Part shown: positions 26,237 through 36,739 of the stretch, piece by piece
How the letters are laid out: every line of letters begins with the position of its first letter
Position numbering within the stretch: the first letter of the stretch is position 1
Assembly (NCBI GenBank): GCA_045593165.1
Contig: JAZNWF010000046.1
Span: 23,404-87,403 of the forward strand
DNA length: 64,000 nucleotides
Reading direction: 5' to 3'
Origin: Eubacteriales bacterium
GTDB taxonomy: Bacteria; Bacillota; Clostridia; Oscillospirales; CAG-382
Made by a program: the position numbers and the translations under genes
The notes under the pieces: model-generated
What the model saw: the letters and a program-made list of their open reading frames with translations, nothing else
Told to the model about the DNA's origin: nothing
Database searches by the model: none

Positions 26237-27221
26237 TCTGCCGTTCTTCGTTCCGCACGCGGGATGTCCGAATTGCTGTGTTTTCTGCTCGCAGACAAAA
26301 ATCACGGGCGAAAGGGCAGAAAAGGATATCGATACGGAAATATCAGAGCTTCGCGAGCTTTTAACAAGCGAAAGCGCAGGCTTTGATAAAAGCCAGATAG
26401 CCTTTTTCGGCGGAAGCTTTACGGCAATCGAAAAAAACCGTATGGAAAGGCTGTTGACGGTTGCAAACGAATACATAGATATGGGCGTAGCCGACAGCAT
26501 TCGCATTTCCACCCGTCCCGATTGCATCGATGAGGATATTTTATCGGTTCTGAAAAAATACCGTGTTACGAATATCGAGATCGGCGTGCAAAGCACGTCG
26601 GATATGGTGCTTTCGGCATCGGAAAGAGGGCACACCGCAAGCGACTCCTTTAAGGCGGCGAGGATGATTGCCGAAAACGGATTCGCTTTCGGCGGTCAAA
26701 TGATGATAGGACTGCCCGGTTCTACCTTGGAAAGCGAGGTACAAACGGCGCGCGATATCGTAAAAATGGGCGCGAGTGAGGCACGTATCTATCCCACGGT
26801 GGTTTTTGAGGGTACAAAGCTTTACGAAATGGCAAAAAACGGCAAATATAAGCCGTTGGAATTGGAAGATGCCGTTGAAAGAACGGCGAAATGCTTCCGC
26901 GTGTTTTTGGATGCGGGCGTAAAAATGCTTCGCATCGGATTACACGCGTCGGAAAATCTTAAAAACGCGCCGTTGGGCGCAAACCATCCCGCAATCGGCG
27001 AGCTTGTAAAAAGCTTTGTCTATACCGATATCATAGCCGAGCAGGCAGGCGATTGCAGAGGGAAAAAATTAAGTGTCGGTATTCGAGGATCGGATATTTC
27101 GATGCTGTGCGGACACAAGGGTGTCGCAAAAGACAGGCTCAAGCGATTAACGGGTGCAACGGATATCGAGGTATATCCGGCAGACTGTGAATCGTTCAAG
27201 CCGAAAGTAAGGAGTGTTTAA
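26220..27221 (+). CDS. Radical SAM protein (ELP3/MiaB-like core), function unknown
   Basis: CPNCCVFC gives C-x3-C-x2-C near the N-terminus. It takes the usual Clostridial position between rnc and smc. Confidence 0.8.
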   Translation: MRSHRNLPFFVPHAGCPNCCVFCSQTKITGERAEKDIDTEISELRELLTSESAGFDKSQIAFFGGSFTAIEKNRMERLLTVANEYIDMGVADSIRISTRPDCIDEDILSVLKKYRVTNIEIGVQSTSDMVLSASERGHTASDSFKAARMIAENGFAFGGQMMIGLPGSTLESEVQTARDIVKMGASEARIYPTVVFEGTKLYEMAKNGKYKPLELEDAVERTAKCFRVFLDAGVKMLRIGLHASENLKNAPLGANHPAIGELVKSFVYTDIIAEQAGDCRGKKLSVGIRGSDISMLCGHKGVAKDRLKRLTGATDIEVYPADCESFKPKVRSV

Positions 27222-27224
27222 AAT

Positions 27225-30200
27225 ATGCGCTTAAAGGCCATAGAAATGCAGGGCTTCAAGTCGTTCCCCGATAAGACCCGCATTAGCTTTGACAACGGCG
27301 TGACCGCCATTATCGGTCCGAACGGAAGCGGCAAATCGAATATTTCGGATGCTATCCGCTGGGTTTTGGGCGAAATGAGCGCGAAATCGCTTCGCGGCAG
27401 TCGTATGGAGGACGTTATCTTTAACGGCACCGCAACGCGTACTGCCGCAAACTGTGCCTCGGTATCTCTTTGCATAGATACGGAGGAGGAATACAACCGC
27501 GCAAATCATATCACTATCGAGGCGGAGGAGGACGAAACCGCAAAAAGCGGCGCGTACCGTCTGTCCGATCAGACCGAGGTTACGGTCACCCGTAAGCTCT
27601 ACCGAAGCGGCGAAAGTGAATACTATATAAACAAAAAGCAGGTACGCCTTAAGGATATCTACGAGCTTTTCTACGATACGGGTATCGGCAGAGAGGGCTA
27701 TTCGGTTATCGGTCAGGGTAAGATCGCAGAGGTGCTTTCGCAGAAGGATGACGAGCGCAGAAGCATTTTCGAAGAGGCGGCAGGTATCTCGAAGATACGC
27801 TATAAAAAGCTCGAGGCGGAAAGAAAGCTTCGCGATACCGAGGCTAACTTGGTTCGTGTAAACGATATACTTTCCGAAATCTCCTCGCGCATCGGTCCGC
27901 TCGAAAAGGAAGCCGAAAATGCAAAGCAGTATCTCGTATTGAGTGAGGAAAAGAAGGGTATAGAAATTACCCTTTGGCTCGATAGAATAGAATTTCTCCG
28001 CGCGCGCAGAGTCGAATGCGAAACCGACCTTGCTGCCGCAAAAATCGCTCTCGAGGCGGCAGAGCGTGAGGTTGCGGAATGCGATGCGGCTACCGACAGA
28101 ATTCTTAACGAAAGCTATGAATATTCCCGTATAATGAGCGAATGCGAGCGCGAAAAGACCGAGGCTGTTCACCGCAAGGGTGAAGCAGAGGGTAAAAAGG
28201 CAGTCTGCGAAAACGATATCGCTCACGCCGAGGAATCTGCAAGTGACGCAAAGGCGGCTATAAACTCGGCTGTTACCGAAAAAGAAGAAGCGCTTAAGGT
28301 CACTGCCGAATGCGTTACGGCAAGGGAGCAGGCGGAAGCAAGGCTCAATACCTCGGAGGCGGAGGCGGCAAATGCCGAAAAGGCATATGAGGAAGCAAGA
28401 AACGCATCTCTTGCGGCAGATAAGGAAAGCGTCAACGCAGCGTTAAGGCTTGAAATACTCAATAACGAAAGAAGCACGATAACCGCACGTCAGGCGGCTT
28501 GCAATGCTTCGCTCGAGGCAGAAAAAAGAAGCGTTGCCGAAAATGCGGACCGACTCATTGCCGCGCGTGAGCGTATGGCATCGCTCGAAAACGAGCTGAA
28601 ATGTGTGGACGAGGCGTTGGCCGCAGCCACCAAGCTCGTTAACGATACTGAAAATAAGATAATATCGCTCGATTACGAGCGCGCTTCGCTTTTGAATGCG
28701 TTGCGTACGGCGGGCGATGAGATAACAGCCGAAAAAATAGCACTTTCTGCTGAGGAGCAGAAAAAGGAACAGCTTACTCGTTTGGAAAATCTGCTTGAGG
28801 GCTATTCCGAAAGCGTAAAGCGTGTTATTAACGATTGCAACACGGGCGATATCCGTAACGGCAACGATAAGATCGGTCTTTACGGCACCGTGTCGAATAT
28901 CATATCCTCCGACAGCGAATACGTAATTGCGCTTGAAACCGCACTTGCGGCATCGGTTCAGTTTATCGTTGTCGAAAAGGAATCGGATGCAAAGGCTTGT
29001 ATCCGCTATTTGAAGGAAAATAAGCTTGGCAGAGCAACGTTTTTACCTCTTGAAAGCGTAAACGGCAAGAAATGCGATGTTTCGGCTATTCAGGATATGA
29101 AGGGTTACATAGGCATCGCCTCGGAATTGGCGAAGTACGATCCCAAGTTCGAGGGCGTTGTAAACGACCTTTTGGGCAGAACCGTTATCGCCGAAAATAT
29201 CGAGCTTGCGTCTGCTATCGCACGTAAGAGCGGATTCAGAATAAAGATCGTTACGCTCGACGGACAGATAATCAATGCGGGCGGTAGCTATACGGGCGGC
29301 TCGTCTGCCGTAAAGGTAGGCGTGTTTACGCGTGCTATGGATATCGAACGCCTTGGCGAGCAGATAAAGCAGCGCGAGGAAAAAATAGCGCAGCTTGAAG
29401 CAAAGCGTGAAAAGCTTAATACAGACTGCGCGAATGCCGATAACGAAATCGAAGCGTTGCGCACCAAGCTTGCCGAAACGAATACTGCCAAGGCGGGACA
29501 TGCCGCTATGCGCGATTCGTTCGCAGAGCGTATAACCGAAGAAAAGAACCGAATCGACTCGCTTTCCTCTGGCAACGAAATACTTATTAAGCTTGAAAAC
29601 GAGCTTTCGGGTCTGTTGGCAGAGGCAGAATCCTCGGCAAATGCTATAAACGAAGCAACGCTTGCGCGTGATAATGCAAGAGCCAACGCCGAAGAGCTTA
29701 AAAAGGCAGAGGAAGCGGCGTTTGCATCGGTAAGCGAAGCGAGAATGAATCTTTTTACCGCCAAAAACGAGCTTTCGGTTGCGGGCGAGCGTCTTGCACT
29801 TTCGCAAAAACGCGAAAACGAGCTTAATGCGCGTATCGCACTCGGTAACGCTTCTATTGAAAGAGCGGAAGCGGTTATTCGTGAATGCGTTGCGGAAACC
29901 GGAAAGCTTAACGCCGAATGTGCTGAATGTGACTCGGTTATTGCAAATTGCGATAAGCGTCTGGCAGACCTTATCTCCGGCAGAGAGGAAAAGGAAAAGC
30001 AGTTAAACGAAATGCGCTCCAGGCAGAAGATAGTTGCCGCAACCAAGGAGGAGGCTTTCCGCCGTGTTACCGAAACTGAAATGAAGTGCACTTCGGTAAA
30101 TACCGAATACGATACGGTAACGGGCAAGCTCTGGGATGAATACGAGCTTACCTATTCCGATGCGGAACGCTTCAGACTTTCCAAGGAGAAAATGGACAAA

Positions 30201-30872
30201 GCACCGTCGCGTCTTGCATCGCTCAAGGCGAAGATACGCGCTATGGGTGTTATAAACGTAAATGCAGTTGAGGAATACCGTGTAACCAAGGAACGCTTTG
30301 ACTTCCTTACCGCACAGACAGACGACCTTAATAAAACGCGCGCAAGCCTCGACAGAACTATCGCGAAGCTTGCTTCGGGTATGAAGGAAACCTTCCTCGA
30401 ATGCTTCGAAAAGATAAATACCGAATTCAATGCCGTATTTACCGAGCTGTTCGGTGGCGGCAGTGCCAGAGCAGAGCTTACCGACCCGATGATGCCCCTT
30501 GAATGCGGTATAGATATCGTGCTAAAGGTACCCGGCAAGAGCGTAAGAAGCATTTCGCTCCTTTCGGGCGGCGAGCAGTCGTTTGCGGCAATCTCGCTTT
30601 ACCTTGCGCTTCAACGTGTAAACCCGTCGCCGTTCTGCGTATTCGACGAAATAGAATCCGCGCTTGACGACGTGAATATAGTAAAGCTTGCGTCTTACGT
30701 TCGCCGAAACAGCGATAAAACGCAGTATATACTTATAACTCACCGCCGCGGAACAATGGAGCGTGCGGACACCATCTACGGCATCACTATGCGTCAGAAG
30801 GGCATTTCGGATTATATGACTCTGAATATGGCGCATCTTGATGATATCATTAAGGAGAATTACATCGAATGA
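27225..30872 (+). CDS. smc: Chromosome segregation protein SMC
   Basis: 1215 aa. Walker A GPNGSGKSN, long coiled coils, a hinge, C-terminal LSGGE and Walker B FCVFDEIESALD. Confidence 0.97.
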   Translation: MRLKAIEMQGFKSFPDKTRISFDNGVTAIIGPNGSGKSNISDAIRWVLGEMSAKSLRGSRMEDVIFNGTATRTAANCASVSLCIDTEEEYNRANHITIEAEEDETAKSGAYRLSDQTEVTVTRKLYRSGESEYYINKKQVRLKDIYELFYDTGIGREGYSVIGQGKIAEVLSQKDDERRSIFEEAAGISKIRYKKLEAERKLRDTEANLVRVNDILSEISSRIGPLEKEAENAKQYLVLSEEKKGIEITLWLDRIEFLRARRVECETDLAAAKIALEAAEREVAECDAATDRILNESYEYSRIMSECEREKTEAVHRKGEAEGKKAVCENDIAHAEESASDAKAAINSAVTEKEEALKVTAECVTAREQAEARLNTSEAEAANAEKAYEEARNASLAADKESVNAALRLEILNNERSTITARQAACNASLEAEKRSVAENADRLIAARERMASLENELKCVDEALAAATKLVNDTENKIISLDYERASLLNALRTAGDEITAEKIALSAEEQKKEQLTRLENLLEGYSESVKRVINDCNTGDIRNGNDKIGLYGTVSNIISSDSEYVIALETALAASVQFIVVEKESDAKACIRYLKENKLGRATFLPLESVNGKKCDVSAIQDMKGYIGIASELAKYDPKFEGVVNDLLGRTVIAENIELASAIARKSGFRIKIVTLDGQIINAGGSYTGGSSAVKVGVFTRAMDIERLGEQIKQREEKIAQLEAKREKLNTDCANADNEIEALRTKLAETNTAKAGHAAMRDSFAERITEEKNRIDSLSSGNEILIKLENELSGLLAEAESSANAINEATLARDNARANAEELKKAEEAAFASVSEARMNLFTAKNELSVAGERLALSQKRENELNARIALGNASIERAEAVIRECVAETGKLNAECAECDSVIANCDKRLADLISGREEKEKQLNEMRSRQKIVAATKEEAFRRVTETEMKCTSVNTEYDTVTGKLWDEYELTYSDAERFRLSKEKMDKAPSRLASLKAKIRAMGVINVNAVEEYRVTKERFDFLTAQTDDLNKTRASLDRTIAKLASGMKETFLECFEKINTEFNAVFTELFGGGSARAELTDPMMPLECGIDIVLKVPGKSVRSISLLSGGEQSFAAISLYLALQRVNPSPFCVFDEIESALDDVNIVKLASYVRRNSDKTQYILITHRRGTMERADTIYGITMRQKGISDYMTLNMAHLDDIIKENYIE

Positions 30873-31777
30873 GCTTTTTCGATAAACTGAAAAACGGGCT
30901 GAAGAAGACCAAGGACGCTTTATTAAAGCCCGTAAACGACCTTTTTTCCTCGTACGATAAGGTCGATGAAGACTTTTTTGAGGAGCTTTGCGATCTGCTT
31001 ATTATGGCAGACGTCGGAGTGGAAACATCCGATTATCTCGTAAACGAGCTTCGCGAAAGATTAAATGAAAAGAAGATAAAGGATGCATCGGTTGCAAGGG
31101 ACGAATTCCGTCAGATACTTACCGAAGCGGTAGGCGAAAGCGGCGAATTGCAGTTCGGCGACGGACTGAACGTCATACTTGTTATCGGTGTAAACGGCGT
31201 GGGTAAAACCACCTCTATCGGTAAAATAACGCATTGTCTTGCCGAAAGCGGCAAAAAGGTAATGCTTGCCGCCGCGGATACATTTCGTGCCGCCGCGGCA
31301 GAGCAGCTTACTGTCTGGGCTGAAAGAAATGACGTTCCGATAATACGTCAGAACGAGGGCGCAGACCCTGCTGCAGTAGTGTTCGATGCCGTTGCCGCCG
31401 CAAAAAAAGCGGGCAGTGACGTGCTTATAGTCGATACGGCAGGCAGATTGCACAATAAGAAGAATCTTATCGACGAGCTTGCGAAGATCAATCGCGTTAT
31501 CGATAGAGAAGCACCCGGAAGCACACGTGAAACGCTTTTGGTGTTAGATGCATCTACCGGACAAAACGCGCTTATTCAGGCGAAGGAGTTCGGACGCGCG
31601 GCGGAAATAACGGGTCTTGTGCTTACAAAGCTCGACGGTACCGCAAAGGGCGGTATCATCCTTGCGATCAAGCGCGAGCTTGGTATACCCGTTAAATTTA
31701 TCGGCGTGGGCGAGGGCATTGACGACCTCCGCCCGTTTGACCCCAACGATTTTATAGGTGCGTTTTTCGAGGAATAA
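30869..31777 (+). CDS. ftsY: Signal-recognition-particle receptor FtsY
   Basis: NG domain with GVNGVGKTT, DTAGR and TKLDGTAKGG. ATGA overlap with smc. Confidence 0.96.
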   Translation: MSFFDKLKNGLKKTKDALLKPVNDLFSSYDKVDEDFFEELCDLLIMADVGVETSDYLVNELRERLNEKKIKDASVARDEFRQILTEAVGESGELQFGDGLNVILVIGVNGVGKTTSIGKITHCLAESGKKVMLAAADTFRAAAAEQLTVWAERNDVPIIRQNEGADPAAVVFDAVAAAKKAGSDVLIVDTAGRLHNKKNLIDELAKINRVIDREAPGSTRETLLVLDASTGQNALIQAKEFGRAAEITGLVLTKLDGTAKGGIILAIKRELGIPVKFIGVGEGIDDLRPFDPNDFIGAFFEE

Positions 31778-31780
31778 ATA

Positions 31781-32383
31781 ATGATAAAGATCGTTTTTGC
31801 AACAAACAATCAGCATAAGGTTTCGGAGTTCAAAAGCTATTTTTCGCAGATGGGAATAGATGCTGATATCAAAACCATACGCGAAACAGGCTTTGACGGC
31901 GAAATTATCGAAAACGCGGACACCTTCGAGGGTAACGCGTATATCAAGGCACATACGCTTTGCGAATATACCGGTATGATCGCAGTCGCCGACGACAGCG
32001 GCTTGGTGGTCGAGGGCTTGAACGGCGCGCCGGGCGTGTATTCCGCAAGATATGCGGGTGAAAACGCCACGGATGATGAAAATAATCAAAAGCTGCTTTC
32101 GATATTGGCAGAGGATGAAAGCATTTCTCGAAATGCAAAGTTCGTTTGCTCGATATGCGTATGCCGTCCCGACGGAGAAACACTTTACGTATCGGGCGAA
32201 AGCAACGGAATTATAATAGACGAATATCGCGGCGAAGGCAGATTCGGCTACGACCCGTTGTTCTATTATCCGCCTATGGATAAGACCTTTGCCGAAATGA
32301 CCAAGGAGGAAAAGAATTCCATAAGCCACCGCGGTCTTGCATTGAAAAAGCTTTTACAGCACAAGGATTTCTTCGAGGCGTAA
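31781..32383 (+). CDS. rdgB: dITP/XTP pyrophosphatase (RdgB/HAM1 family)
   Basis: 200 aa. FATNNQHKVSEF...DDSGL...GAPGVYSARY...FGYDPLF motifs. Confidence 0.92.
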   Translation: MIKIVFATNNQHKVSEFKSYFSQMGIDADIKTIRETGFDGEIIENADTFEGNAYIKAHTLCEYTGMIAVADDSGLVVEGLNGAPGVYSARYAGENATDDENNQKLLSILAEDESISRNAKFVCSICVCRPDGETLYVSGESNGIIIDEYRGEGRFGYDPLFYYPPMDKTFAEMTKEEKNSISHRGLALKKLLQHKDFFEA

Positions 32384-32429
32384 TCGGATCACGCCTTAAA
32401 AATAAACTCTCAGCGAAAGGGAAGCGGAT

Positions 32430-33305
32430 ATGAACGCATTTCTCGATTATCTTGAATATTTGTGGAACCAATTAAGGGGTATAGGCATTGTCGATATTAT
32501 CGATATATTGCTCGTTGCGTTCCTGTTTTATTGGGTATTTAAATTCGTGCGCGACCGCCGTGCAGGTAAGCTGCTTATCGGCGTGGTCTTTCTTGCAATA
32601 ATTTTACTTGTAAGTGATCTGCTTGAAATGCGTGCGATGAACTTTATACTTACCAACGTCTTCTCGATAGGTATGGTGGCGATAGTTATCGTGTTCCAGC
32701 CCGAGCTTCGAAGCGCACTCGAAAAGGTGGGCGGCGAATCTTTGAAGAACTTCAAGGGCAGATTGGACAGCGATGAGGAAACTGCTATCCGTGCCGCAAT
32801 AAGCGAGGTAAGCGTTGCCGCAGAATCGCTTTCGCAGACCAAAACCGGTGCACTTATCGTGTTCGAGCGCTCGACACGCTTGGGTGACCATATCCGTACG
32901 GGAACTACCATCGATGCGCTTACTTCGTCGTTCCTGCTCGGAAACATATTCTATAATAAAGCACCGCTTCACGACGGTGCGGTAATAATCCGCGACGGAA
33001 GAGTGCACGCCGCAGGCTGCTTTTTGCCGCTTTCCTCCAACGTGGAAATAGTCAAGGAATTAGGTACGCGTCACCGTGCCGCTATCGGCATGAGCGAAAA
33101 CAGCGATGCAGTGGTTCTGGTCGTTTCCGAGGAAAACGGTATCATTTCGGTTGCCGTTGACGGTGAGCTCAAGCGCGGATTCAACAAGAAAACGCTTGAA
33201 TCCTACCTCGTTTCTCTTCTTATAAACGATGATAAAAAGAATATTACCGACCGCGTAAAAGGCAAGATATTCAGAAAGGGCGGTAACACCAAGAATGAGC
33301 AATAA
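32430..33305 (+). CDS. cdaA: Diadenylate cyclase CdaA
   Basis: Three N-terminal TM helices. DAC domain with DGAVII and GTRHRAAIGMSE motifs. Confidence 0.94.
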   Translation: MNAFLDYLEYLWNQLRGIGIVDIIDILLVAFLFYWVFKFVRDRRAGKLLIGVVFLAIILLVSDLLEMRAMNFILTNVFSIGMVAIVIVFQPELRSALEKVGGESLKNFKGRLDSDEETAIRAAISEVSVAAESLSQTKTGALIVFERSTRLGDHIRTGTTIDALTSSFLLGNIFYNKAPLHDGAVIIRDGRVHAAGCFLPLSSNVEIVKELGTRHRAAIGMSENSDAVVLVVSEENGIISVAVDGELKRGFNKKTLESYLVSLLINDDKKNITDRVKGKIFRKGGNTKNEQ

Positions 33306-34602
33306 TCAGGTTGAAAAAACCAAACGTCCGTTAGAGCAGATGTCGAGCACGGCAAAGCTTTTGGCTCTTATCGGCTCGGTGCTCGGCGCGTTACTGCTTT
33401 GGATATATGCGATCGGCTACGACAGCACGATGTTTGAAAGCACGTTTGACGGCGTACCCGTTGTAATCGAGGGCGAGGAGGAGCTTAAATCCTCGAAGGG
33501 CTTTACGCTTGCGGATGCGTACAAGGAATTTTCCATAACCGTGGTTGCGAAGGGCAAGCGTTCACAGCTGAACGAATTAAATGCCTCCGATTTCCGCGCG
33601 GTTATAGACGTTTCACTTGCCGAAGAAGCGGGCGAGCAGACCTTTAATATAGTTGTTTATTCACCCAACGGAACGGAGGTCATTTCTCAGTCCTCTACCA
33701 CCGCAACGCTTTTTGTGGATGAATTTACAAGGCTTACAAAGCCGCTTGCCGTAAAGGTTGATACGGGCGACGGTAATGCCGTTATGACCGAGGGTGTAAC
33801 CTTTTTCACGGCTATGTCCAATCCTTTATTCGTTGATGTGTACGGTCCTAAATCGATGCTTGATAAGATCGACGGCGCGTACGTAAAATTCGACCTTGAC
33901 GGTCATATGATAAAGGACAGCCTCAGCGGCTACGGAGCTATCGAGCTTCGCGATAAAAACAACAAAGTAATCAATAATCCTTATATAACTCTGTCGGAAA
34001 GCACCGCCTACGTTGAAATAGAGGTTACAAAGGAAAAAAGCTTACCCGTGACGGTAGTATTCACGGGCGGCTTGGGATACGACCCCGTAGAGCGTGCGAT
34101 CCCGTCGGTGCAGTCGGTTATGGTAACCGGTACTCCTACTGCGCTTGATTCGATAAACAGCTTGGTGCTTTATATCGACGAATCGACGGTAAAAAATACC
34201 GCCACCTTTGATTTCCCCGTTTCGTCGTATCTGCCCGAGGGTGTATCGCGTGATGAGGGCAGTCCGTCGGTGGTGACCGTAACGGTGAATCTGCCGAGCG
34301 AAAACGTTTCAAAGAATTTCAGGGTTTCTGCTGACGATATAGTTATCGAGGGTGTGCCCGAGGGAATGACATATACGGTGAATAACGATATTACCGTTAC
34401 CGTAGTAGGACCTAAGGAGCTTTTGTCCGAAATCGACAGGAAGCTTATCACCGCAACCGTTTCGTACGATGCTTCGGAGCTGATAATAGAAACGAACGGT
34501 ACCCTTACCGCAAAGGCAACGGTATCGCTCGGCGCGGAATATAACGGAGTATATATTCTTACACAGGAATATCTTGTTAATTTCGAATTGGAAGCGGAAT
34601 AA
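33295..34602 (+). CDS. cdaR: CdaA regulator CdaR (YbbR-repeat protein)
   Basis: 435 aa. N-terminal TM anchor and repeated beta-rich YbbR-like modules. Overlaps the cdaA 3' end, which is the canonical position. Confidence 0.8.
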   Translation: MSNNQVEKTKRPLEQMSSTAKLLALIGSVLGALLLWIYAIGYDSTMFESTFDGVPVVIEGEEELKSSKGFTLADAYKEFSITVVAKGKRSQLNELNASDFRAVIDVSLAEEAGEQTFNIVVYSPNGTEVISQSSTTATLFVDEFTRLTKPLAVKVDTGDGNAVMTEGVTFFTAMSNPLFVDVYGPKSMLDKIDGAYVKFDLDGHMIKDSLSGYGAIELRDKNNKVINNPYITLSESTAYVEIEVTKEKSLPVTVVFTGGLGYDPVERAIPSVQSVMVTGTPTALDSINSLVLYIDESTVKNTATFDFPVSSYLPEGVSRDEGSPSVVTVTVNLPSENVSKNFRVSADDIVIEGVPEGMTYTVNNDITVTVVGPKELLSEIDRKLITATVSYDASELIIETNGTLTAKATVSLGAEYNGVYILTQEYLVNFELEAE

Positions 34603-34629
34603 TAAAATCTGATCAAAGCAGGTGAGCAT

Positions 34630-36723
34630 ATGAATAATCGAGAATGGCAAATACGCAAGCAGGATGAAGAGGTCTGCAAAAGGGTCGCAAAGGACTGCGG
34701 CCTTATGCCGCTTACCTCGCGCTTGCTCGTCAATCGCGGATTTACAACCAAAGAGGAAGTATTTGCGTTTCTCGACAGAGATTCTATGCCGCTTCATGAC
34801 CCTTTCCTTTTAAAGGATATGGATAAGGCTGTTGCGAGGATAGAGAAGGCGATAGCCGAAAAGCAACGTGTATGCATATACGGCGACTATGATGTTGACG
34901 GTGTTACGAGTACCGTGTTGCTTTATCAGTATCTCTGCTCGAGAGGCTTGGAATGCGAATATTTCATTCCCGAGCGTATATCCGAGGGCTATGGCTTGAG
35001 TCTGCCCGTTATCGAAAAAATGAAGGGCAGAGTAGACCTTATCATAACCGTTGATACCGGTGTGACCGCTGTTGCCGAAGCTGAATATGCTTCAAGTATG
35101 GGAATAGATATGGTCATTACCGACCACCATTCCTGCCGCGAGGTACTGCCCAAGGCAACGGCTGTTGTTAATCCTCATCGCGATGACAGCGAATATCCGT
35201 TCCGAAACCTTGCGGGCGTGGGCGTGGTATTCAAGCTTCTTTGCGCGCTTGAGGGTAATACCGAGAGAATATTGGAGCTTTATTCGGATATCATAGCTGT
35301 CGGAACGGTTGCCGACGTTATGCCGATAATCGATGAAAACCGCCGCATAACGAGCGTTGGACTGAAAAGACTTTCCGAAACCGATAATCTCGGCTTGCTT
35401 GCGCTTATGTGCCGTGCGGGTATAGTAAAATACGGAAGACGCGTTAAAAAGGTGACATCTTCTACCGTAGGCTACGTTCTTGCACCGCGTATCAATGCGG
35501 CGGGCAGAATCGCCTGTGCATCACGCGCTGTTGAGCTTTTACTTACAAAGGACGAAAACGAGGCGGAGATTATCGCAGAGGAGCTTTGCGAAATAAATAA
35601 GCTCCGTCAGGCGACCGAGCAAAAGATATACGAGCAGGCTGTCGAGCTTATAGAGGCGTCGGATTCCGACGACCGATTCATTGTTCTTGCATATGACGGC
35701 TGGCATCAGGGCGTTATCGGTGTCGTGGCGTCCAAAATAGCCGAACGATATTCGCGCCCCTGCATACTCTTTTCATTAGAGGGTGATACTGCAAAGGGCT
35801 CGGGCAGAAGCATAAAGGGCTTCTCGCTGATGGACGCGCTTTCCTCTTGCGGAGATCTGCTTTTGGAATACGGCGGACACGAGCTTGCCGCAGGACTTTC
35901 TATTGAAAGAAGCAAAATAGACGAGTTCAGAAGAAAAATTAACGAATACGCCGCACCGTATCTGGGAGAAACCGTTTCCGCATTCCCGATCGAGATCGAA
36001 TGCGCGGTGAATTTCTCGGATATGAACGAAAGAGTAATAGAAGAGGTGTTGAGGTTAGAGCCGTTCGGGCTTTCAAATCCACAGCCCGTATTTATGCTCA
36101 ATAACGTCACGCTTTGCGATATCGTTCCGCTCTCGCAGGGCAAGCACGTCAGATTCCGCTTGCAGAGAAGCGAAAACGGCCGTAACTATTCGCTGAACGC
36201 CGTGTGCTTCGGAATGCCCTTCGATACGTTTGAATTTTGCGAGGGCGATATATGCGACGTGGCGTTTACAGCCGATATAAACGAATATATGGGCACTCGC
36301 TCACCGCAGCTTTTCGTAAAGGCGATAAGGCTTGCGCGTGAGGAGGAGGAAAAAATAACCGCTTGCAATAAGCAATTTGAATTGCTTAAAAACGGCGGCA
36401 CGTACGAGGGTGATAGCGATGATATCCCCGACCTTTCCGATTTCCGTTCGATATTCCGTTATCTTCGCCGCGAGGCAGGTCACGACGGACGCGAAATATC
36501 CTTTACCTCCGCGGTAAGAGTGCTTAACGATGATTTCGATATACGCGTTTCACTCTGCAAATTGAAGATAATTCTCGAGGTATTGTCGGAGCAGAAGCTT
36601 ATAGAGCTCGATTATCGTTCGGGCGGCAATATACTCTTTATAAAAATGATACCCTCGTCGGGTAAGATAAATATAGACGATTCACCTTTACTGCGGGCTG
36701 TTCGCTCCGGCAGGAGAAGCTGA
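34630..36723 (+). CDS. recJ: Single-stranded-DNA-specific exonuclease RecJ
   Basis: 697 aa. DHH motifs (IYGDYDVDG, VITDHH) and DHHA1 GGHELAAG. Conserved position upstream of rel-dtd. Confidence 0.92.
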   Translation: MNNREWQIRKQDEEVCKRVAKDCGLMPLTSRLLVNRGFTTKEEVFAFLDRDSMPLHDPFLLKDMDKAVARIEKAIAEKQRVCIYGDYDVDGVTSTVLLYQYLCSRGLECEYFIPERISEGYGLSLPVIEKMKGRVDLIITVDTGVTAVAEAEYASSMGIDMVITDHHSCREVLPKATAVVNPHRDDSEYPFRNLAGVGVVFKLLCALEGNTERILELYSDIIAVGTVADVMPIIDENRRITSVGLKRLSETDNLGLLALMCRAGIVKYGRRVKKVTSSTVGYVLAPRINAAGRIACASRAVELLLTKDENEAEIIAEELCEINKLRQATEQKIYEQAVELIEASDSDDRFIVLAYDGWHQGVIGVVASKIAERYSRPCILFSLEGDTAKGSGRSIKGFSLMDALSSCGDLLLEYGGHELAAGLSIERSKIDEFRRKINEYAAPYLGETVSAFPIEIECAVNFSDMNERVIEEVLRLEPFGLSNPQPVFMLNNVTLCDIVPLSQGKHVRFRLQRSENGRNYSLNAVCFGMPFDTFEFCEGDICDVAFTADINEYMGTRSPQLFVKAIRLAREEEEKITACNKQFELLKNGGTYEGDSDDIPDLSDFRSIFRYLRREAGHDGREISFTSAVRVLNDDFDIRVSLCKLKIILEVLSEQKLIELDYRSGGNILFIKMIPSSGKINIDDSPLLRAVRSGRRS

Positions 36724-36739
36724 AGAAACGGGAAATAAA

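Noticed and set aside
32430-34602. The missing glmM after cdaA-cdaR as a sign of an unusual c-di-AMP module.
   Set aside because: The cdaA and cdaR sequences look canonical, and relocation of glmM is common outside Bacilli. This is not informative without the rest of the genome.
34630-36723. The DHH/DHHA1 protein next to cdaA-cdaR might be a c-di-AMP phosphodiesterase (GdpP/DhhP-like), forming a second-messenger island with rel.
   Set aside because: Its size, its GGHELAAG motif, its C-terminal OB-like extension and the conserved recJ-rel-dtd synteny all fit RecJ exonuclease. It has no PAS/GGDEF or TM regions as in GdpP. The adjacency to cdaAR is probably coincidental.
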